Positions 21,308 through 30,707 of a stretch of DNA of 64,000 nucleotides are shown piece after piece (position 1 is the stretch's first letter; each line of letters opens with the position of its first letter). The position numbers were made by a program, and so were the translations under genes. The notes beneath the pieces are model-generated. The model was given only the letters and a program-made list of their open reading frames with translations. It was not told the origin of the DNA and did no database searches. This stretch comes from Perkinsela sp. CCAP 1560/9 (lineage: Eukaryota; Protista; Euglenozoa: Kinetoplastea), in the NCBI GenBank assembly GCA_965644495.1, contig CBFFSA010000003.1, positions 248,001 through 312,000 on the forward strand, read 5' to 3'.

Positions 21308-22239
21308 TAAACCCCGGGACACGATAAGTCACCCCCCTCTAAAATTTGGTTACTTTATCCGTTTGGGCTAATTTGTTGCATTTTTCAGATCTCGATGACG
21401 CTTGTTTGCGCATATCATATAGAGAATAAATCTGGGAACCAATAAAATATGAATTTAGTATTACTACTTTTTTACTTTTTAGCCACCATTTTTTTTGCAA
21501 AATTTCAGGCATCTGTCGAAACTTAAAACAGTACGGTCAAGCTCAGATTCAAGAATATTATTAAAAGCTTCTTTACGCACTTAATTAGAGAGGTAGTACA
21601 AGACGGATTCATTTCATTTACGCGTTGCTGAATCATTTCCCACACGTTCTCAATAGGATTAAGATCAGGAGAACCTGCCGGCCAATTTGGTATGTATTTA
21701 ATTTTTGAAGTAAAGAAATAGGTTTTCGTACTTTTCGTCGTGTGTGCACCCGCCCCATCTTGCTGAAAAATAAATTTGCGGGGAAAGGGAGCATTACTTA
21801 ACATTTCTACACAAGCTTCACTTGGGATTGAAATGTTGGATAGTAGCACCACAAGGTAACACCATCCAACTCCAATGGCACCTCACACGTGACACTTGGG
21901 CGCCCAACGCTTTTTCTGCGTGGGGACGGCCTTTTCTCCTCGGGCAACTCACTTCTTTTGATGTGTATAATTCGTACTAAATATCTTCTCATCAGATAAA
22001 CATTATTATCCCCCTTTTGTAAGACGGTACCTGGATTTCACCATGAAAAAAAATTCTTGTCAGAAAAAAATCTTGTCAGACCAAGAAAAGTAGCTTTTTT
22101 TCATTTTTTTAAAAGCAGCTAAAAATAGCGGGAACATGTAGATCTCGAAATTCTGAACGAAAAAGTGGCATCATAACTTCCCTAGGCTCCTTCATGCAAA
22201 AAAATAGGGGGGGGTGACTTATTCGCGTACCGGGGCTTA
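21308..22239 (-). mobile_element. Degenerate, internally deleted Tc1 element (DD35E)
   Basis: TIRs taaaccccgggacacgataagtcacccccc / ggggggtgacttattcgcgtaccggggctta. Fragmented transposase (FQQDGAGAH...WPAGSPDLNPIENVW at 21523-21852). Subterminal sequence resembles the 19.6-kb element. Confidence 0.88.
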
Positions 22240-22350
22240 TAATAATTCGACTGTGTCGGACTGTGTAATATCGATTACTTTGTAACAATTTCTCCCCAAA
22301 TTGCGTTATGTTTCAAAGCTTCAATTGACTCGAAATTTAAAATAGCTTTA

Positions 22351-22437
22351 CCTCAGAATACTACATTTCATGTCTCATTGGGTAAACCCTCGGACAAGAG
22401 GTGTCATAAAAGCAGTTGTGCTGCAGAATCATCATGG
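22351..22437 (-). ncRNA. Box C/D snoRNA, copy 1 (predicted LSU rRNA 2'-O-methylation guide)
   Basis: Minus strand: cc-ATGATGA(C)-hairpin gcag/ctgc-tgacacctcttgt-CCGA(D')-gggtttaccca-ATGAGA(C')-...-CTGA(D)-gg. The D' guide is complementary to the conserved LSU motif CAAGAGGUGUCA. Confidence 0.75.
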
Positions 22438-22656
22438 AAGATGTAGTACTCCTTTCATTAACTCTCATAATTGTCGGCTATATCTCTACTTGTGTGACGG
22501 GTCAACTAAATGACAGCCACCTCGTTGACGGCAAACGGACTGTAAACGAAGTTTTTAGAAATGATTTTTTACGCTGTAACATTTTGTACATGTAATGACC
22601 TACATATGTATACACACCTACATATGTATACATACGGGGGTGTATGTACTGTATGT

Positions 22657-23044
22657 ACTATACACCCCCTACTTAAATGTTACCCCTTTTTGGAGAAAAG
22701 TGACAAATAACTAGGGGGGTCGGGTGTGTGACAAATAACTAAGGGGGGGTTCGGTGGATGACAAACAACTCGGGAGGTTAGTGTCGTTGGGCGCGATCAA
22801 AATGGAAACATTTTTTGATCTGAAAATCAGTACAGAGACGATATTTTTATCTCTTTACCAGTTGTGTAATGGGACAATAAAGTAATTTTTTTTGGAACGA
22901 AATCGCAAAAAAAGAATCGGCGTCGCTTCGAAATGCTTGTTTGTGGTGAATTTACTAGCTTTCCTCAGAACTGACAAATAAGTAGGGAGGAGTGGACGGT
23001 GACAATCACGAAGGGGGGTATAGTATGTAGGGGGGGTGTATAGT
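22657..23044. mobile_element. Putative MITE with internal TGACAAATAAC-type repeats
   Basis: Ends actatacaccccctac / gtagggggggtgtatagt are inverted repeats; about 5 internal tgacaaataa(c/g)t...ggg motifs. Confidence 0.55.
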
Positions 23045-23279
23045 CTCCCAAATTTTTCTCCAAGCAAGGCGACGTCGGATGCATTTCCCCCTCTCCTTGA
23101 TTGCTTGTTTATTATTGCCCTATGACGTGCGTCTTCCATCCCCTTTCCACGTTGCCAAGGAGGCATGTGGCTCCGGGTTTGGACCGAAATTGCAGGGTTA
23201 AAGACGACCCACGGCACAGAAAGGAAGCATTCCTTGTTTAATTTTATAAGATTCAGAACATATTGTTTAATTTTATAGG

Positions 23280-23367
23280 ATTCAGAATATATTGTTCAAA
23301 GTCTCATTGAGCATAGTCTCGGACAAGAGGTGTCATAAGAGCAGTGCTACTGCTGTATCATCATGTA
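23280..23367 (-). ncRNA. Box C/D snoRNA, copy 2
   Basis: ATGATGA, hairpin agcagt/actgct, same D' guide tgacacctcttgt-CCGA, ATGAGA, CTGA. Confidence 0.72.
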
Positions 23368-23407
23368 AAACATGTTGTAAATCGGATGACTTTATTAATT
23401 TTATGAG

Positions 23408-23495
23408 AATCAGAATATATTGTTCAAAGTCTCATTGAGCATAGTCTCGGACAAGAGGTGTCATAAGAGCAGTGCTACTGCTGTATCATCATGTA
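23408..23495 (-). ncRNA. Box C/D snoRNA, copy 3
   Basis: Identical to copy 2 between the C and D boxes. Confidence 0.72.
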
Positions 23496-23523
23496 AAACA
23501 TGTTGTAAATCGGATGACTTTAT

Positions 23524-23591
23524 TACTGTGTCCCACCACTTATAGTGCCGCGGTTTTCGACCAAACGGCACTATAAGTGGGGGGGGTAGTA
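23524..23591. mobile_element. Minimal 64-bp pogo-type MITE (two TIRs only)
   Basis: TA-ctgtgtcccaccacttatagtgccg...cggcactataagtggggggggtag-TA. The same TIR precedes the pogo-like ORF at 24260. Confidence 0.7.
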
Positions 23592-23639
23592 TGTTTCAGG
23601 TCGAGGGTGAAAATTTTCCTCCCCCCCAAAAAAATGTCG

Positions 23640-23746
23640 TTCCGATCATATTCGCGTCGAGATCTCTCTTTCGCAACAAAAATCAGGTGAAACGGACACA
23701 TGGCACAAAAATGGGAGGTGTCCCGATATTGGTGATTCCCCCTGTA
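23640..23746 (+). mobile_element. Solo right end of a Tc1-like element
   Basis: gagatct...gcaacaaaaatcaggtgaaacggacac matches the right subterminal region of the 19.6-kb element (20848-20890); ends in cccctg-TA. Confidence 0.7.
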
Positions 23747-24155
23747 TACTAGAGTGGAAACTCGAATTAACTAAAAAAATTAAGAACTCAGACAAGCTTT
23801 TTCTCATCCGTGCAATGTAACTTTCGATGAATTTTCATCTAAGGCCCCCCCTACCCAGAAAAAAAAACTTTAGAGAAAGTTGCTTTTTACAAAAGCGATA
23901 TCTTTATCGTAATTTTCTTACCATTATTCTCCACCATAGAAACCAACCACTTTCTCTTCTCTGAAAGAAACTGCTGTGAAGGACGCCCATGAAGTAATCC
24001 ATTTTCAGTAGAACAAAAGAGTCATTTTTGTTTGCTTCGAAACATAATTTAAAAAGTATAGTTGAATTCGTTTATTGATTTATAAAAATTAATGAGAGCG
24101 CATAAAACGAATTTTTATAACTCGGAATCCATTTATTAAAATTAATGAGAGGGGG

Positions 24156-24237
24156 AGTATATTGTTTAAAGTCTCATTGAGCATAGTCTCGGACAAGAGG
24201 CGCCATAAAAGCAGTGCTACTGCTGTATCATCATACA
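24156..24237 (-). pseudogene. Box C/D snoRNA copy 4, D box lost
   Basis: C, D' and C' boxes are retained; guide is tggcgcctcttgt; terminal CTGA is replaced by ctcccc. Confidence 0.65.
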
Positions 24238-24257
24238 AAACGTGGTGTAAAGTGGAA

Positions 24258-25085
24258 TACTGTGCCCCCCCACTTACATATAGTAACTTACGTATAGTGC
24301 CGCGGGGTACTCCCCCACTTATAGTGCCGTTTTGAAAAACAATGTCCGAAAAAAAAATGACCAATATTCTTTTGACCGAAAAGGTAGAGTAAATATGGTG
24401 TAAATTTCTAATATTTTCATTTATGGAAATCACTGAAACTTTATTATTAGTTCCCTTCGTCCTTTCAAAGACTGTCGATTCTCCCGAGAGCGAGACGCCA
24501 GACAAAGTGAACACTCGTGGATCGGCGATTTCGGGTCCTTTGGGACGCTGGTTTACGGTTATTCCGCCAGCGCCGAGAATTGGTCCCCCGGTGGCCAGCC
24601 GTCCTCCCCCCAACACATTTGACTCTCTTCCCATCAGCACACCTAGGACCTCTAGAGTGTGCTTGACTATGCAAGAGAAGTTGAATATGTGTCTGAGCGA
24701 ATTGGACACAAAAAAGCTGAGCGAAAAGTATCGGATCAGTTTAAGAACTGTCTGAAGTATTAAAAGAAACGGTGCCTCTTTTTATCAATCACGAATTAAT
24801 CGTGGTCTCAAGGGAAGAAAGCGCCAGAGAGGCTTTAACAAAGAGTGGAAGGCAATTTTAAGGAAAGTGCACTTTAAATTGCTCCAAGAAATCGATGGTA
24901 AACATGCTGTAACGAAGGCATTTGTCTTTTCCGTTATGGAAACATACGGAATACAGTTTCAAGGCTTTGACGATGAGACGAAGGAACGCATATACAAGCG
25001 CTTCAAGCGTCTTTTCGGGTGGACAAACCGAAGATTTGGACGTGTCCACTACGTCGGTCCTTCCGACGTGGGTACCAAAGTACGA
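24258..25085 (+). mobile_element. 5' part of a pogo/Tigger-like transposon (HTH-psq plus CENP-B-type HTH), in-frame TGA at 24753
   Basis: TA-ctgtgcccccccactta TIR. Frame 24423 reads MQEKLNM...LSEKYRISLRTV*SIKRN...IYKRFKRLFGWTNRR in frame across the TGA; no DDE domain present. Confidence 0.65.
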
Positions 25086-25565
25086 GTGTGCATCGTACTC
25101 CTGTATTTGATCACCACAAGGATGAACTTTTTTTGGCTGATTTAGGGTACATTGGTTGTGCACACTGCCTTGTACCCTATAAAAAAAATTGGCCGTGGTC
25201 TGACCAAATCGCAAAAGCAGCTTAACCAAAGAATTTCATTGATTCGGTCTCGAATTGAGCGATGTTTTGCTCATTTTGACAGGTTTCGTTTTTTTCGTGG
25301 TACTGACCATGATATTCCTTGGGTCCGAGACGCCCTTCAAATTGTATCTGTAGTAACGTACGGTCTGCTGGCTACCAAGCCGCAGTATGATTTTGATTCT
25401 ATGATATATTCAAGTTTAAAACCTAAAAGTGATGAGGATGAGTGTTTGTGTAGTAAAGGGTGAGGTATGGTTGAGTGTACAAAAGCCCGCAGAGACTGGC
25501 TTAAGGAGCATATCCATAACGTGGCGTACGACCCTAAAAAACCGGGTAAGTGCGCCAAGTCATAA
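25085..25565 (+). pseudogene. C-terminal fragment of a Harbinger/ISL2EU (IS5-like, DDE_Tnp_4) transposase
   Basis: 'LFLADLGYIG..CLVPYKK', then a frameshift at A8 (25181-25188) to 'GRGLTKSQKQLNQRISLIRSRIERCFAHF'. Confidence 0.75.
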
Positions 25566-25739
25566 TGTTCACGTTTTCTAGATTACCGCACTACCGATAT
25601 TTCATAAAAAAAAGTATGAATCTTGGTTAGAACATAAAAAATGTACACATATTTGCTTTTGATTATCCTTTGATCCATTACAATCTTAACTCAGATTTTT
25701 TCTACGCAATTGTTGAAATATGACGCCAGGAAGATTGGC

Positions 25740-25910
25740 CGAGACCGCACTGAGGCCGCACCACACCAAACGAGACCGCACTGAGGCCGCACCGATACAT
25801 CCCACCTTTATGTAGAGAAGGCGTTCGGATCTCTCCGAAACCGCGCGAAACCGCGGCGAAACCGCACGAAACCGCGTCGAAACCGTGCGAAACCGTACCG
25901 AAACCGTGCT
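25740..25910. repeat. Array of short direct repeats: (gagaccgcactgaggccgcacc)-like x2 and GAAACCG x7 at 10-11 bp spacing
   Basis: Read directly; resembles subterminal transposase-binding repeats. Confidence 0.8.
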
Positions 25911-26307
25911 GACACAGCACCCGCAGCCCCTCTACTGCTGGGGGGGACAAGGTTTACCCCAAACCATTTTAGTTTCCTTTTTTTTGCCCTAGGCCCACCG
26001 AAAGTCTACCCCCCCCCCATAACCTACACAGGTGTACCCCCTAACCCCGCGGTTAGGTCAGGTTCTATTTTTGGACGTATGCCCCCCCTCCTGAACCCCC
26101 CCATGGACCCCCCATTTTTTTCAATTCTTTTTTTCAATTTTGGACCACCGGAGCCCCCTTATATATTTTTTCGTCTATTATAAATTTTATTACTGTGTTC
26201 CTCTTATATTTTCACTGTTTTTGTTCACTTTTTTCACTAATCCAGGGAAGAGCGGTAGTTATACAACCACCGCGATTAGCTGCTAATACAGAGGGCATCA
26301 GCTACAC

Positions 26308-26870
26308 TACAGGGGGCATCAGCTAGTAAATCTGGGGGGATCTTAAAATTGTAAAAAGTGGCCAATTTTGGAAATTAATACCGCATTCGGGAGCTCTCGC
26401 ATAGCCCTCTTATGGAATCTATGCCGTTTCCCGTGCTTTTACGCACATCGGCTTTTAGATGAAAACTACGTTTTTTCGGGGCGCAAAATTTGTATTTTTT
26501 CTCATTTTCTTACTCTTTTTCCTGTTTTTCTCCCTTTTTTGGAGCATTCATGCCACAAAGACGGGTGCATTCACATTCTTCTCCAAGGAAATTCTCGGAA
26601 AGCCTTTTCTCACCCTCAGATAAAACAAAACTAACGCAGAGAATGTTGTTGGTTCAAGATTTGTCATTTCACCTTTTGCAATTTTCTAAAACAAAATTGC
26701 AATTGACGTTTTTGAGCCACCTTTCATTTTACAAAAATGTTATTTATGCGCGAAACGACATAGATTCCACAGTAGGGCTATTCGAGAGCTCTCAAATGCG
26801 CTACTATTTTCCAAAATTGTCCACTTTTTACAAACTTTAGACCCCCCAGATTTAACCTATCCCCCCTGTA
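26308..26870. mobile_element. MITE of about 560 bp with ~120-bp imperfect TIRs and TA target duplication
   Basis: TA-caggggg...aaatctggggggatcttaaaattgtaaaaagtggccaattttggaaa...gagctctcgcatagccct..tggaatctatg is mirrored by catagattcca..agggctattcgagagctc...tttccaaaattgtccactttttacaaactttagaccccccagattt...ccccctg-TA. Confidence 0.9.
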
Positions 26871-26969
26871 TATTAACTACGAACTAGTAGTTACGAGTTA
26901 AGCTAGTAACTACTTAGTAGCAACTAAGTTACTACTCGAAATTAAGTCCAGCGAGTGGCTATAAAAAAA

Positions 26970-28184
26970 TTACTGGCACGGCAATAGTTCGATTACTGAA
27001 ATATACATTGGCCCACAATTAAGTGCATTCTGATGAGGGAAAAAGACCACTCCATATTCTGTTAGCTCAGTTGTATTTGTGTTGAATGCCTCAGCAAAAC
27101 AAAAAGATTCGTGTTCAGCTTCGTTTTTCACGAGTTTTCCTTCTTTACCAGTGAGAACTCGAACGTCAAAAGAAGAAGAGACTCTTAAGAACTTTTTTAT
27201 AACGTCATCATTTTCCTTTGTCGAAACAGAACAAGTACTGTATACTAGTCTACCACCCGGTCGAAGACACTGTAAAGCTCGGAAGAGAATGCTATATTGT
27301 GTTCTTGGAAGAATGTCCCACTTCATGGCCCATTTTTGAATCAATTTTTTAATATTTAAAGTATTCTTCTCCCCTAAGAGTTGTCGAATAAGATGACGTT
27401 CGAAAGAACAAGGCACATCGAGAAGAATACGGTCGTATTTACTCGCAGCTTGCCATCTTGATGCATCTCGGCATGTAATCAAAACTTTTTCACGCATAGG
27501 ATGGTTTATATGAGCACTAATCGTCCTCTTAAGTCGTTGACACCTAATAGGATCATATTCGTTTGCCGTCAGGCTTCCACGTGAATCAAGCTTCTGACAT
27601 ATTGCTAATGATTTTCCTCCAGGTGCCGCGCACATATCCAATACATCATAATGCGGCTCTATCCCCAAAGCAAGAATAGGAGCAAGGGAACTTGGGTCCA
27701 TAAGGTAATATGCAGGTGTCTGAGAGTTGTCGCAGCAAGGAGAAGGAATAAGTTCTTTTTCGGGGGAAGACAACTCCCTTAAAAACTTCGAATTATGTTG
27801 TGCGTAAAACCCGAAAAAATCCAATGTATCATTGTAGTCACCTTCACGTGCAAGAATAGTGATTAGGGAACTATGAGGAGCTGGAAACCCTGTGCCTTCT
27901 GTAACGCTGAAGCGTAGTTCCGCATCAAACGAGTCACATATTGTAATGGGTAGCAAAGTTGCTTGTATTGAATCACACAACGTTTGAAAAGGATCATCGG
28001 TGTACGCCTGCCAATGTTTGTTGAAAACTGCGACCTTTCTAGACGAAAAGCAAAAAGACCTTAGGATAGTTAGCCATTCAACTTTTCCAAACTCCTTTTC
28101 GTAATAACTCCATATTTTTTGCGGGAAATTTTTTCGCACATAAGCCAGTAGGTTTTCTTCTTGAACTTCGTTCATATTCCTCAT
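26970..28184 (-). CDS. NOL1/NOP2/Sun family RNA m5C methyltransferase (NSUN3/4-like)
   Basis: 'YYLMDPSS', 'VLDMCAAPGGKS', 'DRILLDVPCS', 'GGRLVYSTCS...END'. Confidence 0.92.
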   Translation of the reverse strand: MRNMNEVQEENLLAYVRKNFPQKIWSYYEKEFGKVEWLTILRSFCFSSRKVAVFNKHWQAYTDDPFQTLCDSIQATLLPITICDSFDAELRFSVTEGTGFPAPHSSLITILAREGDYNDTLDFFGFYAQHNSKFLRELSSPEKELIPSPCCDNSQTPAYYLMDPSSLAPILALGIEPHYDVLDMCAAPGGKSLAICQKLDSRGSLTANEYDPIRCQRLKRTISAHINHPMREKVLITCRDASRWQAASKYDRILLDVPCSFERHLIRQLLGEKNTLNIKKLIQKWAMKWDILPRTQYSILFRALQCLRPGGRLVYSTCSVSTKENDDVIKKFLRVSSSFDVRVLTGKEGKLVKNEAEHESFCFAEAFNTNTTELTEYGVVFFPHQNALNCGPMYISVIELLPCQ

Positions 28185-28712
28185 TTATGACTCGATATGC
28201 TTGGTTATTCAGTCTTCTTCTTTATAATACTTGGTATTAGGCTATTAGCATCCGATGTCGGGGTTGTAACCCACCGACATTATTAAGAAACTCACTATGA
28301 ATTTTACAATGAATACAGAAATTCCAAGAACCAATCGATGTTCAAAAACAAAAATCCTTAATTATTAATATGGCCTGTAATAAATATGGCCGGAATATAC
28401 AAGTGTATATCAAGTTAAACAATTTCGATTCGAATCGAAAGAATCTAACAGGTTGCGCAAGGAAAGTTCGTTTTTATTCAGACGCAATTTTCTGTCTTGT
28501 CGGAGTGATGAACACCTGGAGTTTTGGTCGAACGACACTGATAAATCAAAGAAATTACATGTCTGTGTGTGTGATGCGAATATACCCCCGAAATGTACGA
28601 GGATACGCAATTTCTTTAGCAGGAATGTAAGCTACTCAGTACGATCCTGTAACTCAAGAAGTAGCTCCCTTATTCATTTTTCAGCGAATATTGTTTCGAA
28701 TTTTATGGGATA

Positions 28713-29216
28713 TTATTCTTGTTCTATCGCTTTTCTGAGGTGGTGGCTAGGAACGCAGTAAGGAAACTCATTCATATCTACCATTGGTATAGAAGAAGTC
28801 TCGAGGCGACTCGCAGAATTATGCTCCCAACTTTTATAAGCGCTTCGCCCTTTTCTGCGCGCCAGGTTTTCACGACGCTCTCGGTGTGTGTAAGCTCCAT
28901 CACGAAAAAGTGTTATAAAAGACGGAGCGTTGTATTCAACTTCCCTCAGACTTAACGATCCATCTGTATGAATCCACCACACCTTATTATAGGTAGGGAA
29001 TTTGCCTCTTTCGATGCGAATTTCCTCTTTATACATACCGCGAATCTCTATGGTTTCTATGTCTGCAACATGACGCGAACGCAAGAAGGGCTGATACGAA
29101 TAGGGAGTTTTTTCTTCGGCTGGTTTGGGTCGGTGGGGGTGTACGAAGGGTTCTTGCACACTTCTACAAAGAGTGTGCCATCGATACCGATATCGCAATG
29201 GGGGAACGGAGGGCAT
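28713..29216 (-). CDS. Probable mitoribosomal protein (bL31m-like)
   Basis: Basic 167-aa protein; 'FPTYNKVWWIHTDGS' resembles the bL31m/MRPL55 'P..LV..DGS' motif. Confidence 0.5.
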   Translation of the reverse strand: MPSVPPLRYRYRWHTLCRSVQEPFVHPHRPKPAEEKTPYSYQPFLRSRHVADIETIEIRGMYKEEIRIERGKFPTYNKVWWIHTDGSLSLREVEYNAPSFITLFRDGAYTHRERRENLARRKGRSAYKSWEHNSASRLETSSIPMVDMNEFPYCVPSHHLRKAIEQE

Positions 29217-29646
29217 AACACGCGAAAAGCAACCTAAAAAAATAACTTTTTTACGCTACTTAAAACAATTTCTCTTGATATTGCATTATGACTAAATTTA
29301 GCCTTAATATATATATTCGAAATGTAGTAAGTAAATATAAATTATTTATAAATTATAAATTTATAAATTATTATAAATTTATAATAATTAAATTGCGAGC
29401 TAATTAGAACGCAGTATCGGGAAGCGCTAAGGAAATTTCCTGTCCCCTCAACCAAAAAGTCGAAAAAACGAGCGAAGTCGCCAGGACGGGATCGATAGTA
29501 AGCCTATGATTAAATAATAAAGATTAACCAGTCCATATTATTTCCACATAATTTATGTATTGTAGAAAGCCAGTTGTTCTTCAACGAGCCTTATTCCTCT
29601 ATTTTCCAAGAATCCATTCCTTCTTTTCACTTTCTTTCGTACGAAT

Positions 29647-30369
29647 ATGCCTGACGTCTCTGTACAAACCGTATCAGAGGAAATTCAGACCAAGCTTGGT
29701 CTTTTAGAAAAGTACATCATGCAATGGAAGGCAGCGACACAAAAGCCATTGAAACAGTATCGCTTTGTTCTCGGAAACATCACTCTTCTTCAAGGTGACC
29801 CGGACGCAATTGATCGCGTTTTAAATCGTTGTCTGAGCGCGGTTGCGTTCTACGACGATGTGTTGGTATGTGATGTTCCGCTTCTTGCCACAGGGGTCGT
29901 GCAATTGATCATTAATCTCATCACATATCGTGGTGGGTGGCTGGGTGCGGAGCACGTACGAGACGGCTTTATTAGCGAAGCCGGCCTGGAACTTCGTTCT
30001 GTTGTTGCCTCACATGACGAATTCAATTCGTCTGATCCTGAAGCTGAATGCAAGGCATTCGCTAGTCGTGTTTGGGCCTACCTCGCAGGCCAGAACATCC
30101 GAGTGAGTCGCCGTTCACAGATGAACACGCCACAAGAAAGCGAAACATTGTCGATTATTCCTGTGAGTGTTCCATCCCCTTCTTCCAACTTGGCAGATGT
30201 CACCCAGGATCCTCTCCAAATTGTCCGTCCCCCTCCACCCATCAATGTAAAAGTGCCGATACAGCCCCCTATTGTCATTAATGGAATGTTCCCGAAGAAA
30301 AGGGGACGACCCATAGGTCCTCGGGCACCACCGCGCAGCGTGCAGGAAGACAAAAGTCAGAAAGATTAA
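29647..30369 (+). CDS. Hypothetical 240-aa protein with Pro-rich tail and AT-hook-like KKRGRP, antisense to the cluster
   Basis: Intact ATG ORF in an AT-rich TE island; no family recognised. Confidence 0.55.
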   Translation: MPDVSVQTVSEEIQTKLGLLEKYIMQWKAATQKPLKQYRFVLGNITLLQGDPDAIDRVLNRCLSAVAFYDDVLVCDVPLLATGVVQLIINLITYRGGWLGAEHVRDGFISEAGLELRSVVASHDEFNSSDPEAECKAFASRVWAYLAGQNIRVSRRSQMNTPQESETLSIIPVSVPSPSSNLADVTQDPLQIVRPPPPINVKVPIQPPIVINGMFPKKRGRPIGPRAPPRSVQEDKSQKD

Positions 30370-30577
30370 GTTTGTTAATTTCCCCGAGGACTAAGCTAGT
30401 AAGGTCAGTGTAAAAGTAAATCTTGACTTTTTGGAAGTGTTACGATTATTATTAAACTTTGTCTACAGTGATGAATCCCCGATTTCTGTTTTAATAACAT
30501 TAGCAAAAGCAATAAACCAAGGCGCCGCGGAGCGGTGCGGATTTTCTTTTATTAATATATACCTGATTTTTATTAAT

Positions 30578-30693
30578 AAACAACGGGAACGTACAGATCT
30601 CAAAATTTTGCACGATAAAGTGGTGCGATAACCCCCCTAGCCCCCCTCGTGCGAAAAATAAGGGTGGGTGCCTTTTTGATGCGGAGGGGTTTA
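30578..30693 (-). mobile_element. Solo left end of a Tc1 element related to 19598-20937
   Basis: Reverse complement taaacccctccgcatc...ccttatttttcgcacg...ggggggttatcgcaccac...aaaattttgagatctgtacgttcccg matches 19598-19710. Confidence 0.85.
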
Positions 30694-30707
30694 TATACCT
30701 GATTTTT

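Larger units (their letters stand above)
23270..23525. repeat. Tandem duplication with 128-bp period (snoRNA copies 2 and 3)
   Basis: tcagaatatattgttcaaagtctcattg...gatgactttatta occurs at 23282 and 23410, essentially identical. Confidence 0.95.

Noticed and set aside
24003-24025. cagtagaacaaaag resembling an LSU rRNA segment beside a D-like box
   Set aside because: No C box at a suitable distance.
22351-24237. CRISPR-like or SL RNA array interpretation of the repeats
   Set aside because: No repeat-spacer periodicity, no cas genes and no CAGTTTCTGTACT mini-exon motif; box C/D structure explains the repeats better.
26036-26060. CCCTAACCC telomerase-template or telomere-like motif
   Set aside because: Single short match within a hairpin in TE debris.
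28248-28282. Hairpin atgtcggggttgtaacccaccgacat, tRNA-like or minicircle-UMS-like
   Set aside because: No cloverleaf or TTCGA, and it does not match GGGGTTGGTGTA.
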